NCBI GenBank assembly: GCA_002269645.1
Contig: NIVC01000423.1
Span: forward strand, 1 to 64,000
Length of the DNA: 64,000 bases
Source of the DNA: Macrostomum lignano
Lineage: Eukaryota
Direction of reading: 5' to 3'
Part shown: one piece after another, positions 1-19,844 of the stretch
Numbering within the stretch: the first letter of the stretch is position 1
Layout: the number at the start of each line of letters is the position of its first letter
Translations under genes and position numbers: made by a program
Notes under the pieces: model-generated
The model's input: only the letters and a program-made list of their open reading frames with translations
What the model was told of the DNA's origin: nothing
Database searches by the model: none

Positions 1-1914
1 GTGAAGCAACTCCTGAGACGCTTCGGCGGAGCGGTTTTTTCCCGCTCGGATACTGGAAGGAGTTCCGCGAGATCGGCAAGCTCCACTTGCCGTCGTTCCT
101 CACGTGCTTCTTCCAGATCTTCTTGCAGACCATCAGCGTGATCATGTGCGGCCACCTGTCCAAGGAGCAGCTGGACGCGCCGCTCTTGCCTGCACGCTCA
201 TCAACGTGGCGGCATGGGGATCGGTCTCGGCCTGTCCACCGGATGCGACACGTACTTCGCTCAGACCTACGGCAGCGCCTACAGGAAGAGAGTCGGTCTC
301 TATCTGCAGCGCAGTCTCATTGTCATGTACATGTTTCTGATCCCTGTGTACTGCTTGCACCTGAACATCAAGCCGTTGCTGCTTCTGTTGGGTCAAGACC
401 CAGTAGTCAGTGACATGGCGTCGCAGTACATCCTGATCTTCATGCCGGGCGTGTTCTTTGACTACACGTTTCTGGTGCTGGCTCGGTACCTACAGACTCA
501 GAACCGAGTGTACCCGCCTCTGATCTGCGCCTTCATCGGGAACGTGTTCAACGCAGTGTCTCAGTACATCGCAATCTACGTGTTGGGCTTTCAGTACGAG
601 GCGTCCGCACACGTGTCAGGCAGCGTCGCTGTTCGTGATGTGCGCCTGCATAATCGCGTACATTCGAGTGTCGGGCGTCTATGAGGACACGTGGGACGGC
701 TGGACGATTGAAGCTCTGTACGACATCGGCGGATTCGTCCGGCCTGGCTGTGCCAGGCCTTCTGCTCGTAGCGATGGAGGAATTATGCTTCGAGGTAAGC
801 ACAGCTGATGCTTTTTGAATTAGATATTTAATATCACAATGAATTTGAGGGGAGATAAAATTTTACGGCTGTCTTTTCCCTTTTTTCCGTACTCGCGTAA
901 ATAAATGTACCCGAGTGACAGAGACAGTTAAGAGGGTTTTCGTCGCACATTGTGTTCTTTTATCCTTTCCTCAGATCGGTACCTTCATTGCCGGCGGCAT
1001 CAGCACTCTTCAGCTGGCAGCTCAGGGCATCGTATTCCAAGCTTCCGTCCTGTCCTACATGGTCTCGCTGGGGATGTCCATTGCTGTGAACATCCGGGTT
1101 GGTCAGCACATTGGAGCTCAGCAGATTGAGAAGGCGAAACACACCTACAAAGTAGCTGTGACAATGATTCTCACAATGTCAACAATTATCTGCATCTTGT
1201 TCTCTACGTGTCAGTTCTACGTTGCCAGCCTGTTCACCAGCGACCCGGTAGTGAGAGACGCCGCCTCTGATCTGCTGACCATGTACGCTCCGTTTCCCTA
1301 CGTTGACGGACTCTCAGCGACTGCTTCAGGTGTGCTGAAAGGCAGCGGTAGGCAGTTGATTGGTGCAGTGGTCAATCTCATTGCGTACTATGCAGTGGCC
1401 ATGCCTATCGGCATTCCGTTGAGTCTGCTCACTTCGATGGAGATTCGCGGCTTCTGGACCGGTTTGCTGATCGGTCTTGCCGGTGAAACTCTTGTATTCT
1501 GGTGATTGTCCTGCGCACCAATTGGGAGAAGGAAGTCAGCGATGCTCAGCACCGAGTCGCGGGTCAGATTCATCGGCCAAACTTCTTGCAGCCGCTTCGC
1601 CAGGCGGCGCTAATGAAATAACTCCGTTGCTACCCGAGAGTCGTCCGAAACGGATTCGGCACGCGTCACGGATCTACGACACACCGTACGAGAGCGAATC
1701 CGAAGTGAGCATCGAGCAGCAGGACTCGCTGCCGCCACTGCGACCAGTGCTGGCTCGTCGCTGTCTAACTTGGCTGCTTCTGCTGCTGCTCCTGACTGTT
1801 GCTGTGCTGTTTCGAATCTTTCAGAACCGTTACATCTGCGCTGGCACGAGCTGCGCCGGTGGCAATCATACTACAGTGCTATTAGAACAAACCCACACAA
1901 CTGTACCGGTGTGA
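1..1914 (+). CDS. SLC47A: MATE/SLC47-family multidrug and toxin extrusion transporter, copy 1 (5'-truncated by window edge; several 1-2 nt frameshifts)
   Basis: Exons <1-794 and 975-1914 with a GT-AG intron. MATE motifs: GLSTGCDTYFAQTYG, KRVGLYLQRS, LAAQGIV, NIRVGQHIGA, SGVLKGSGRQ, GIPLSLL. C-terminal extra hydrophobic helix (RRCLTWLLLLLLL). Frameshifts near 180, 215, 610, 740 and 1500. Confidence 0.9.
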
Positions 1915-2371
1915 AATTCCTTGCTTGCTTGTGTAACGCAAGAATGTTGGTAATCTGTGTCTCTCATGATGTTTTCAATTTTAATGAGCTAGCTATTTTG
2001 TTTTAGATTGTAGCTATTTGTACTAACTAACAATTTCATCCCAAGGTAGACTGAAGTGTACAAATTTCAGCGATCCATCTTTCACAGCATTCTCTTTAAA
2101 GAGAGACCACTTAGAAATCGGAAAATTTTATATCCAATTCATTCATTCAATTGTCTACAAAAAATCATGCGTGTTTTAATTATTATTCAAAATTATACTT
2201 TTACGTATTGATTTTTTGTTAAAGAACTTCATTTGCTGGCGCTGTCTAGCAATTGTATAAATCACTAATTCATTCTTACTGTGTATGTAGTGAATCACCT
2301 GAAACTGATTGATTACAGCCCGTGTGAAATATAAAATCGAGCAGTCCAAAGTGGTATGTCGATTGTTTTTA

Positions 2372-2700
2372 AACAGTCCGCTCTCGATTTTGGCCGAAAT
2401 TTTTTACTTGTTATGCCTTGTCAAGTTTTCTTTAGTTTTTTGAAAAAAATTCACCTTTAAATAGTCTGAGATCGCATGCAGGGCAGTCGAATTACGTCTT
2501 GCTAAAAGTAAATTTTGCTTCAAATCTACTTCCGTAGATGGTGTAGACTTTTTTACAGAGAATATCGTCAATCACATGGTCTATCTTGTAAACTATGTCG
2601 ACAATTTTTATCAACGTTGTAAAATGCTAGTTGGATTGGAAAAAACGCTCGTAACTTCGGCCTAAAAAACTTATTCGAACCGTAAATTCGAGCGGCTGTT
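2372..2700. mobile_element. Possible MITE between the MATE copies
   Basis: Imperfect inverted ends TTTTTAAACAGTCCGCTCTCGA..GGCCGAA versus TTCGGCC..TCGAGCGGCTGTTTAAAAA. Confidence 0.35.
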
Positions 2701-3073
2701 TAAAAATGACGTTCGAGTACAAATTCCAAGAGGCCAACAGTTAATGGCGTGACTAATTCAGCGTTATTAATGATTCTTTTGCTACAGCTTAAGATTTCCA
2801 TGAAAAAGCGTTATTTTCTTTTGCTCAATAGACGTCCGACCGAGCTCTGATAAAGCAATCTGGGTTCAAAAATGTCTTCACTACTTGCAGTTCCAGAGAT
2901 AAACTCGTGGCTCAAGTATGGGCAAGGAGAGTTCATAAAGCTCAAGAAATGAACTAGGCGAATGTCACGCTTCTCTAGCAAGAAAACTCAATCCACGAAT
3001 TAATGTCAGGAAAATAGCTTATAGCTCTAGGGCGGCGCTTGTTCCAACGTTATTTTATGTAGTGAGCCATTGA

Positions 3074-5119
3074 AATGTCGTTTGCTTCTTCAGGTCGGGC
3101 CGAGCGCCAGCACGAGGCGTCGCTGGGCTCGACCGGGTTTCCCAGAAGGGTGGCTACGGAACTTCCCAGAAGGATCGACTTCGTACGAGTAAGTTTATAA
3201 CGAAATTTTCCGAATTGTCTTGCTCGCTTCGGAAAACATTTGAGAGTTTTTTGCTAATTCAACCCCCCAGACCGCGTCCCGACACTGTGCAACTGAAGCT
3301 ACTGTCCTTCACGGAAAAGTTCGGCCAGCGCTTTTTCCCGCTCGGATACTGGAAGGAGTTCCGCGAGATCGGCAAGCTCCACTTGCCGTCGTTCCTTACG
3401 TGCTTCTTCCAGATCTTCTTGCAGACCATCAGCGTGATCATGTGCGGCCACCTGTCCAAGGAGCAGCTGGACGCGGCCGCTCTTGCCTGCACGCTCATCA
3501 ACGTTGCAGGCCTGGGTATCGGTCTGGCCTGTCCACCGGATGCGACACGTACTTCGCTCAGACCTACGGCAGCGCCTACAGGAAGAGAGTCGGTCTCTAT
3601 CTGCAGCGCAGTCTCATTGTCATGTACATGTTCTGATCCCTGTGTACTGCTTGCACCTGAACATCAAGCCGTTGCTGCTTCTGTTGGGTCAAGACCCAGT
3701 AGTCAGTGACATGGCGTCGCAGTACATCCTGATCTTCATGCCGGGCGTGTTCTTTGACTACACGTTCCTGGTGCTGGCTCGGTACCTGCAGACTCAGAAC
3801 CGAGTGTACCCGCCTCTGATCTGCGCCTTCATCGGGAACGTGTTCAACGCAGTGTCTCAGTACATCGCAATCTACGTGTTGGGCTTTCAGTACGAGGCGT
3901 CCGCAGCGTGTCAGGCAGCGTCGCTGTTCGTGATGTGCGCCTGCATAATCGCGTACATTCGAGTGTCGGGCGTCTATGAGGACACGTGGGACGGCTGGAC
4001 GATTGAAGCTCTGTACGACATCGGCGGATTCGTCCGGCTGGCTGTGCCAGGACTAATGCTTGTTGCTTTAGAGGAAGTCAGTTTTGAGGTAGGGTTTTAC
4101 AGTTTACAGCTTTTATTGCCGTCTGCATCAAGCACTAATTGATGAACATATTGGCTAAATTTTATCCCCTACAATTTCAGATTGGAACGTTTGTTGCAGG
4201 CAGTATCAGCACACTTCAGCTGGCAGCTCAGGGCATCGTGTTTCAAGCTGCAGTCCTGTCCTACATGGTCTCTCTCGGTATGTCCATTGCTGTGAACATC
4301 CGGGTTGGCCAGCACATTGGAGCTAAGCAGATTGAGAAGGCGAAGCACACCTACAAAGTAGCTGTGACAATGATTCTTACAACTTCCACCATCCTGTGCA
4401 TCTTGTTCTCAACTTGTCAGTCTTTCGTTGCCAACCTTTTCACCAGCGACCCGGTTGTTCGAGACGCCACCGCTGAGTTAATGACAATATACGCACCATT
4501 TCCCTATGTTGACGGACTCTCAGCAACTGCTTCAGGTGTGCTGAAGGGCAGCGGTAGACAGTTTATTGGTGCAGTCGTCAATCTGATTGCCTACTATGCA
4601 GTGGCGATACCTATTGGCATTCCGTTGAGTCTGCTTACTAAGATGGAGATTCGCGGCTTTTGGGTTGGCCTGCTGATCGGACTTTCCTTTGAGACTGTCG
4701 TATTCTGGCTAATAATTTGGCGTACCAACTGGGAAAAGGAGGTGCTGGTTGCGGCGAGCCGGGTCGCCGGGACGAAGGCTGCCAAAACGTCCTCGGCCCC
4801 TCTAGACGCGGAGAATGCGAGCCTGCTGCCGAGGCAGAACCACATTCGTCGTGCCTCCCGGATCTACTCAACTCCGTACGAGAGCGACATTGAGTTCGAT
4901 GTCAGTCGTCCAGCAAAGCTGCCACCACTGAGACCCGTGCTGATCCGACGGTGCGTCACGTGGCTGTGCCTGCTGATGTTCATGGTGGCGGCCATCGTAC
5001 TGCGGGCTTATCAGGATGTTTACCTGTCGTTCTACTGGCGAGAGTTGTGCCTCCTGCAGCCGCTCAACGCTTCTATCGGGGTCAATCTCACCTACTGCGG
5101 AGGTGTTGCGCCTCATTAA
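3074..5119 (+). CDS. SLC47A: MATE/SLC47-family transporter, copy 2 (tandem paralog; two 1-nt deletions near 3527 and 3633; start uncertain)
   Basis: Exons ~3271-4088 and 4181-5119, plus a possible short 5' exon ~3074-3189. Same MATE motifs and intron position as copy 1. Confidence 0.9.
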
Positions 5120-5902
5120 ACTAATTAGTCTGCTGTCTTTCGTTTCGGTTGGAGTCCTGAACTGACATCAAACTGACATAGCCTTTTGAAGAGCTTTTGG
5201 TTATAGGTGTTAAGTCAAAACTGGGGTGAAAATTATTACTAACATTAAAACTGCGAAAGGCCCAGAATTTGCTTCTAAAAAACGAACATCTCAAAAAATG
5301 CATCGCGCGATTTAAGTCCTGAGATGGTCTGACCGGCTTATGATGGACAAGAAATATATCGGGATCGTGTTATTGATATTTTGCTACTTTGTTATCAAAT
5401 TTCATTGAATATTTTGACGGGTTTTGAATGCTGCATGGTGACTTGTAAAAGTTGCTGTAAGTGTGCAGAAGAACTAAACTAACTAGTATGCCATGTGAAC
5501 CACACTCACGGCGTATCGTAATGTATTGTAGCTTATTCCGTTTGCGCACAGAGTGATACTCGTAGATAAAGCCGCGCCGCGCTCCCACAGGTTAGAATGG
5601 TCGAGCACGCATCGTACTCAGTAATCAGCAGGTAAGCTTTTTTTTGGGGCTTACCACCTCTAAAATGATATTCCACTATAAAATCTGTTATCTGAGCCTC
5701 TTCTTTCGGTTCAATTGCGCACGTATTCAGTAAAAAAACGTTAGAGGAGCAAAAAGCAACAAACCTGCAAAACTGGTCGATTTTTATTAAGAAAAAAGTT
5801 GTTCACCTGTGAAATTTAAGCCATGCGCGCATTTTTAAGGAGCTTAGTTTAAGTTGATGAGCGAAAGCTTGGAGTAATATATATGTTTATTGTCAAGCGG
5901 CA

Positions 5903-8900
5903 ATGCATTTTCTCCAATTATTTTTTCTCTCGAGTGTCTTTATCGTTGGTTTAGCCGTCATAAAACTAATAGAATCAGCTCCGACTCTTGGCGAGTTGTC
6001 TTCTGTTGATGGCGGCAACAATTATGGCCAGCCAGGCGAAATTGTCTGCCTTGGCCCGAAACATGCGGTGAGTCTGGTTTGAGACAACTGCAATCGCAGA
6101 CAATGGCCTGATGCTGTATGCACTGCTGTGTTAACTGAGATGTCACAAACAATGGCCTGATGCTGTATGCACTGCTGTGTTAACTGAGATGTCACAAACA
6201 ATGGCCTGGTGCTGTATGCACTGCTGTGTTAACTGAGATGTCACAGACAATGGCCTGGTGCTGTATGCACTGCTGTGTTAACTGAGATGTCACAGACAAT
6301 GTCCTGATGCTGTATGCACTGCTGTGTTAACTGAGATGTCACAGACAATGTCCTGATGCTGTATGCACTGCTGTGTTAACTGATATGTCACAGACAATGT
6401 CCTGATGCTGTATGCACTGCTATGTTAACTGAGATGTCACAGACAATGTCCTGGTGCTGTATGCACTGCTGTGTTAACTGAGATGTTGCAGACAATGTCT
6501 TGACACATGTCAGATCAAAATTCTATGAGACTCTTGATTTCGATAAATTTCTATACACCAGCTATAAGTCAAATAATTATATCAGTGGTATCTTAATCCT
6601 TCCATGTTTGTAGCTTCCAATTTGTTGCAGGAAACTGTCCAAACAATATTGGAAGTTCTAATCAATTTTAAGATCGAAGAGGAACTACTTTACAGCGTCT
6701 GCTTCAAGGAGAAGAACGCTGTGGCAATGCTTATCAGTATTCGCCTGCCCTGGATAGAAGCAAGTGCTAACACAAGCAGTTTCAATCTCAGCGTCACCGA
6801 TGACGCCAACAACAAGCCGCTTGAGCACACGCGCTGCTTAGCCTGCTCATCATCGACTCTGCTCATCAATATCAGCATACCTATCGATCCATACAAACCG
6901 TTCAACGTGAAAATTGTTCTAACAAATGAAACCGAGGTGGTTTATTATGGACTTTACCTTCCAAGTAAGGTTTTCAATTTAATTCACTCTAGATCTCAAG
7001 CGTGCAGTGATGATAAAATAAGAGCATGATAAACCGAATTGCACTTTTAGGCGAGTTCAGAACTCGCAAACCGATGAGCCGACAATCTACGGCTACATTC
7101 TGGAGGGCCCGGTGGACATTGGCCCAGCAACTGCTGAGGACACCCGACAGCTCAGTGACAGACTGGTGGACAGGCTGGTGTGCCTGGCCACCGCGCCTGC
7201 GGAACCGGGTGGCAAAGTCAGGGCCTTTTTCAGAAAATATGTTGCCAAGAAGCAACAAGTAAGCTGTCATAGTGTCTGTCATATTTTCTGTCATCGAATC
7301 CGTCATTGCGTCTGTCGTAGTGTCAGTCATAGTGTCTGTCATAGTGTCCGTCATATTGTCTGTCCTAGTGTCTGTCATATTGTCTGTCCTAGTGTCTGTC
7401 ATAGTGTCTGTCATAGTGTCTGTCATAGTGTCTGTCATAGTGTCTGTCATAGTGTCTGTTATATTGTCTGTCATAGTGTCTGTTGTATTTTCTGTCGTGT
7501 GTCTGTCATATTGTCTGTCATATTGTCGGTCATAGTGTCTGTCATACTGTCTGTCATCGAATCTGTCATTGTCTCATCTGTCTGCCAGTTTCTGACACTG
7601 TGGGTAAGCGGTAAGTGGCAGACGCGTCTGACTCTCGAGCCGCGACCCCTATGAGTGCGTGTCTGCGTACAGTATTGGCGCGCTTGCATGTGCTCAGCGC
7701 TCAGCAGCACAACGCCCAATATTCGCAGGCTAGCTGCGAGGCAGTCTGGTGCAAGCTGGACATGCTGAGCATTCTCACACCGGACGAGTGGCACGAGATG
7801 TTTCAAGAGCTCGTGACTAACGAAGACAACTATCCCAAGGTAAAATGAGCTAATCCTGATATTTAAGCTTCCTAAGAACAGTTTTCTTAAAACGAATTTG
7901 TAATCGCTTGCAGATAAGCATACATATGATTCAGGCAGACCCCCGAGTTCTACATCTAGCAGGTGGGATTTTGCACGAATCTTTGTGACAGGAGCATGTC
8001 AATTTTGGTGTCGGGAAGACGTCAATTTGAGTGTCGGGAAGACGTCAATTTTGGTGTCGGGAAGACGTCAGTTTGAGTGTCGGGAAGACGTCAATTTTGG
8101 TGTCGGGAAGACGTCAATTTTGGTGACGGGAATACGTCAATTTGGGTGTCAAAGAAGACGGCAATTTGGATTATTTGAATTTCGGGAAGACGTCAATTCG
8201 GATGTCGGAAAGACGTCAATTCGGATGTCGGGAAGACGTTAATTTGGTGTCGGGAAGACGTCAATTCGGATGTCGGAAAGACGTCAATTTGGATGTCGGG
8301 AAGACGTCAATTTGGGTGTCGGGAAGACGTCAATTCGGATGTCGGGAAGACGTCAATTTGGGTGTCGGGAAGACGCCCATGTTGAATGTGCGCCAGTCTG
8401 GTTTAATTTGAGCTAGTGAAGAGCGACCTAATTGCATTTTTAAACAACTTTCAGGTCTGAAAGAGCAATGCATGAAAGCCAAGCAACATTATTTAATCAA
8501 TCAGGGAACTACTGTTGACCAAAGCGCTGAAAAACTGGACGAATGCGACTGCGACAGAATGGCTACAATTGGCTCTACTACTGCTGCTACCCCCATACTA
8601 GTTATAGTAGTAGTTTCTTGCGCTGCAATGGCGTCAGTCTTGTCTGTGACCTTGCTGGCTCTGGCTACTTTGTTAGGTGAATATCTGCATCGCTCTATAC
8701 CTCCCTACATCTCTCCCTAACTTCCTTCGTCTCTCTATACCTTCCTATCATCTCTCCTAACTCCCTACATCTCTCCAATCTCCTTAAGTCTCTCTATGGC
8801 TCCCTACATCTCTCTCTCTCTCTCTCTCTCTAGCTTCCTACATCCCACCCTTCTTGGTGCTTCTTTATCTGAGAAATCTTTTCATCATTTTGAAGACTTT

Positions 8901-9371
8901 CTTCTACTATTAGTAGGCGAACAAGTTCGTGTATATTATAATCTTAGTGAAACAACGGAAAATATCAAAATTACAAAAAGGCATACCAAATCATCAATTC
9001 AAGGCTGCTCAACAAACTCAGACGACTCAGACGATCGAATCCTTGTTCTGCTGCCTCCGGGGCGATGCGCTTCACTGAGTCTTCTCTACCACCTGCCAGG
9101 ACTGCGCCGTCAGCTACAACAAAATTATCCAAGAGCCAATATCATTTTTCGAAGGCGACCAACCAGCTCATTAGCGACTCGGCTGGTTGCTAACGCTAAC
9201 AATAAAGTCTTTTTCCTGTTGCTAGGCGAAGAAGTCGAAGCCTGGATAGTCAGATTGACCGAGGTAGAGGCCAACCGGTTCAGACTGTTGAGGATCGGCC
9301 GTGGTAGATTGGGAGATCGATTGGGGTCCGAGGCGATAGAGATGCAGGAGTTGATGTCAGCGAAATCGTAG
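5903..9371 (+). CDS. Uncharacterised type I membrane receptor A (~520 aa): signal peptide, ectodomain, TM helix, TIR/SEFIR-like tail
   Basis: Exons 5903-6067, 6631-6964, 7051-7258, 7705-7839, 7914-7962, 8455-8676, 8917-9371. All junctions are GT-AG and phase-compatible except exon 3, which is one base short. Signal peptide [25 protein letters not shown]; [29 protein letters not shown]. Probable 5'UTR donor near 5631. Confidence 0.75.
6095..6505. repeat. 49-bp minisatellite (~8 copies), receptor A intron 1
   Basis: Unit ACAATGGCCTGATGCTGTATGCACTGCTGTGTTAACTGAGATGTCACAA. Confidence 0.95.
7265..7580. repeat. 12-bp minisatellite, receptor A intron 3
   Basis: Unit ATAGTGTCTGTC. Confidence 0.95.
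7995..8380. repeat. 23-bp minisatellite, receptor A intron 5
   Basis: Unit GTGTCGGGAAGACGTCAATTTNN. Confidence 0.95.
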
Positions 9372-9409
9372 CCTTTAGCTGGGTGATGCTGATACCATGT
9401 AGCCATGGC

Positions 9410-9990
9410 ACCCCACTGTTTACATTGTCTGCCCCGCTGTCTCCCTTGTCTACCCCGCTGTCTCCCTTGTCTACCCCACTGTCTCCCTTGTCTACCCCAC
9501 TGTCTCCCTTGTCTACCCCACGGTCTCCCTTGTCTACCCCACTGTCTCCCTTGTCTACCCCACTGTCTACCTTGTCTACCCCACTGTATCCCTTGTCTAC
9601 TCCACTGTCTACCTTGTCTACCGGCTGTCTCCCTTGTCTACCCCACTGTATCCCTTCTCTACCTCACTATCTCTTTTATCTACCCCATTGTCTCCCTTAG
9701 CTACCCCACTGTCTCCCTTAGCTACCCCACTGTCTCCCTTGTCTACCCCACTGTCTCCCTTGTCTACCCCACTGTATCCCTTCTCTACCTCACTATCTCT
9801 TTTATCTACCCCATTGTCTCCCTTGTCTACCCACTGTCTCCCTTGTCTACCCTTACTGTCTCCCTTGTCTACCCTTACTGTCTCCCTTTTCTACCCTTAC
9901 TGTCCCCTTGTCTACCCTTACTGTCTCACTTGTCTACCTCACTGTCTCTCTTGTCTACCCACTGTCTTCCTTTTTCCTTGTCTCCCGACT
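9410..9990. repeat. 21-bp minisatellite downstream of receptor A
   Basis: Unit CCCCACTGTCTCCCTTGTCTA. Confidence 0.95.
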
Positions 9991-10494
9991 TTCGTCACGT
10001 TTCTCCTTATTAAATTGGATTTGCTTATCTCTTGCAGGACGCTTACGTGACTGCCGCTTTAAACAGACTTTACCTTTACTGCTGCTTTGTACTTTTCCTA
10101 ATGGACAGCTGAAGTGAATACGTGCAGCATTTTAATTGTTACAGATTAAGAAGATTGGAAGGTTTCAAAACTTTCTGCGTCGCCCAGTGCAAATCTGAAA
10201 ATAAAAATATTAATAATTCTTGTACTGTTTGGTTGCTGATATCTGTTGGGTAATATAAATCTGTTTCATCAGTCGGTTACAGTAATAATAAATTTCTAAA
10301 GCATCCTTGTAGGCGCTTATCGCACGGCCTGTTGACCTCAAACTGACAGTCCCTGTTTGCTAGGCTTTTATCAGAAGATTTATTGACTTTGGCTTTATAC
10401 GTGCTGTGACGAATCACCCGTGTTTGATGAGCCTCTGGTGGACTGGGTGGTCCACCTCGATATCTACTCGGTCAGCTTAGATTTTCTGATCACG

Positions 10495-11135
10495 CCAGCG
10501 AATCTTACCTCTAGCGAATCTCTACCCAAGCGAATCTCACCCAAGCAAATCTTACCCCAAGCGAAACTCACCCCAATTGAATCCCACCCCAAGCGAATCT
10601 CATTCTCACCCCACACGAATCTCACCCCAAACGAATCTCGCCCCAAGCGAATCTCACCCCAATTGAATCCCACCCAAAGCGAATCTCACCCCAATTGAAT
10701 CCCACCCCAATTGAATCTCACTCCAAGCGAATCTCACCCAAAGCGAATCTCACTCAAATTGAATCTCACTCCAAGCGAATCTCACCCCAAACGAATCTCG
10801 CCCCATGCGAATCTCACCCTAATCAAATCTCACCCAATCAAATCTCACCCAATCAAATCTCACCCCAATCAAGACTCACCCAATAGAATCTCATCCCAAT
10901 CAAGTCTCATCAAATTATGTCTTACGCAATAGAATCTCACCCTAATCAAATCTCACCCCAATCAAATCTTACCCAATCGAGTCTCATCCCAATCAAGTCT
11001 CATCAAATCATATCTTACGCAACAGAATCTCACCCTAATTAAATCTCACCCAATAGAATCTCACCCCAATCAAATCTCACCTAATAGAATCTCTCCAAAT
11101 CAAGTCTTACACAATTGAATCTCACCCCAAGCATA
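10495..11135. repeat. ~16-bp degenerate minisatellite between the receptor genes
   Basis: Unit GCGAATCTCACCCCAA and variants. Confidence 0.9.
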
Positions 11136-11538
11136 TCTACATGTACAGTGAATTTTATTAAAATAAATCTATGTCATTGGAATTTTATCAATGCACTTCT
11201 CACTTCTCAGTATAATTAATCGCTTAAATGATTTCCTAAGTAAAGTATCATTCGCTCACCATCCCTAGAAAGCATGTGACGTTTTTCTATTCCTACACTC
11301 TGCTGCCTTGTCTGACTGAGTACAACTGCCATTGCGGTGTGCAATTACCAACCGTGAGCGCTTACCTTTTATCGCTGCATGCAAGTAAGCGCATTCGCTC
11401 AAACTGATAACGAATCAGAGGTTGGTAGAATAAAAACTCTAAAAGCTAGTCGATGTGCATAAGTTTGTCCAGGTGGTTTGAGTAAATGGAGGCCAGGTGC
11501 TCACTTTTGAGCGGAGAATTTCATCCAGTAAATCAGCA

Positions 11539-19442
<7,904 letters not shown>

Positions 19443-19844
19443 ATCAACTTTCCTATATCACCTAATATTTAGCAGCTTGTGTTAATGTAGTTTTTTTAGT
19501 CTATAGTTAAACTACTCAAAAAATGAGCTTAATATTCGTAAATATAATATACGCTCGATTATAATAAGTTAGAAAGGACAAATACACGCGCACATGTAAC
19601 TTATATTTATGTCGAATACAAGAGTTAAAAAATGAAAGCATTAAAAATGCAACAAAAAATTCAGCAAAGTAGTTTTGTTTATTTATACTACTTGAATGAG
19701 TAGCATAAATATTTTAAAACTTTCGCTGCTACCTAATAATCATGCTAATTTTAATGGTCATACGGTTCATAAATTACATAAAAGAAGACAAGCAAAGGTC
19801 CAAACTATTACATTGATGAAAATTCACTAGTACACAATGGCAAG

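Noticed and set aside
1-5119. MATE genes as bacterial NorM or horizontal transfer
   Set aside because: They have spliceosomal introns and a metazoan SLC47-type extra C-terminal helix.
7995-8380. CRE-like AGACGTCA in a 23-bp repeat
   Set aside because: Mismatch to TGACGTCA and no supporting context; likely incidental.
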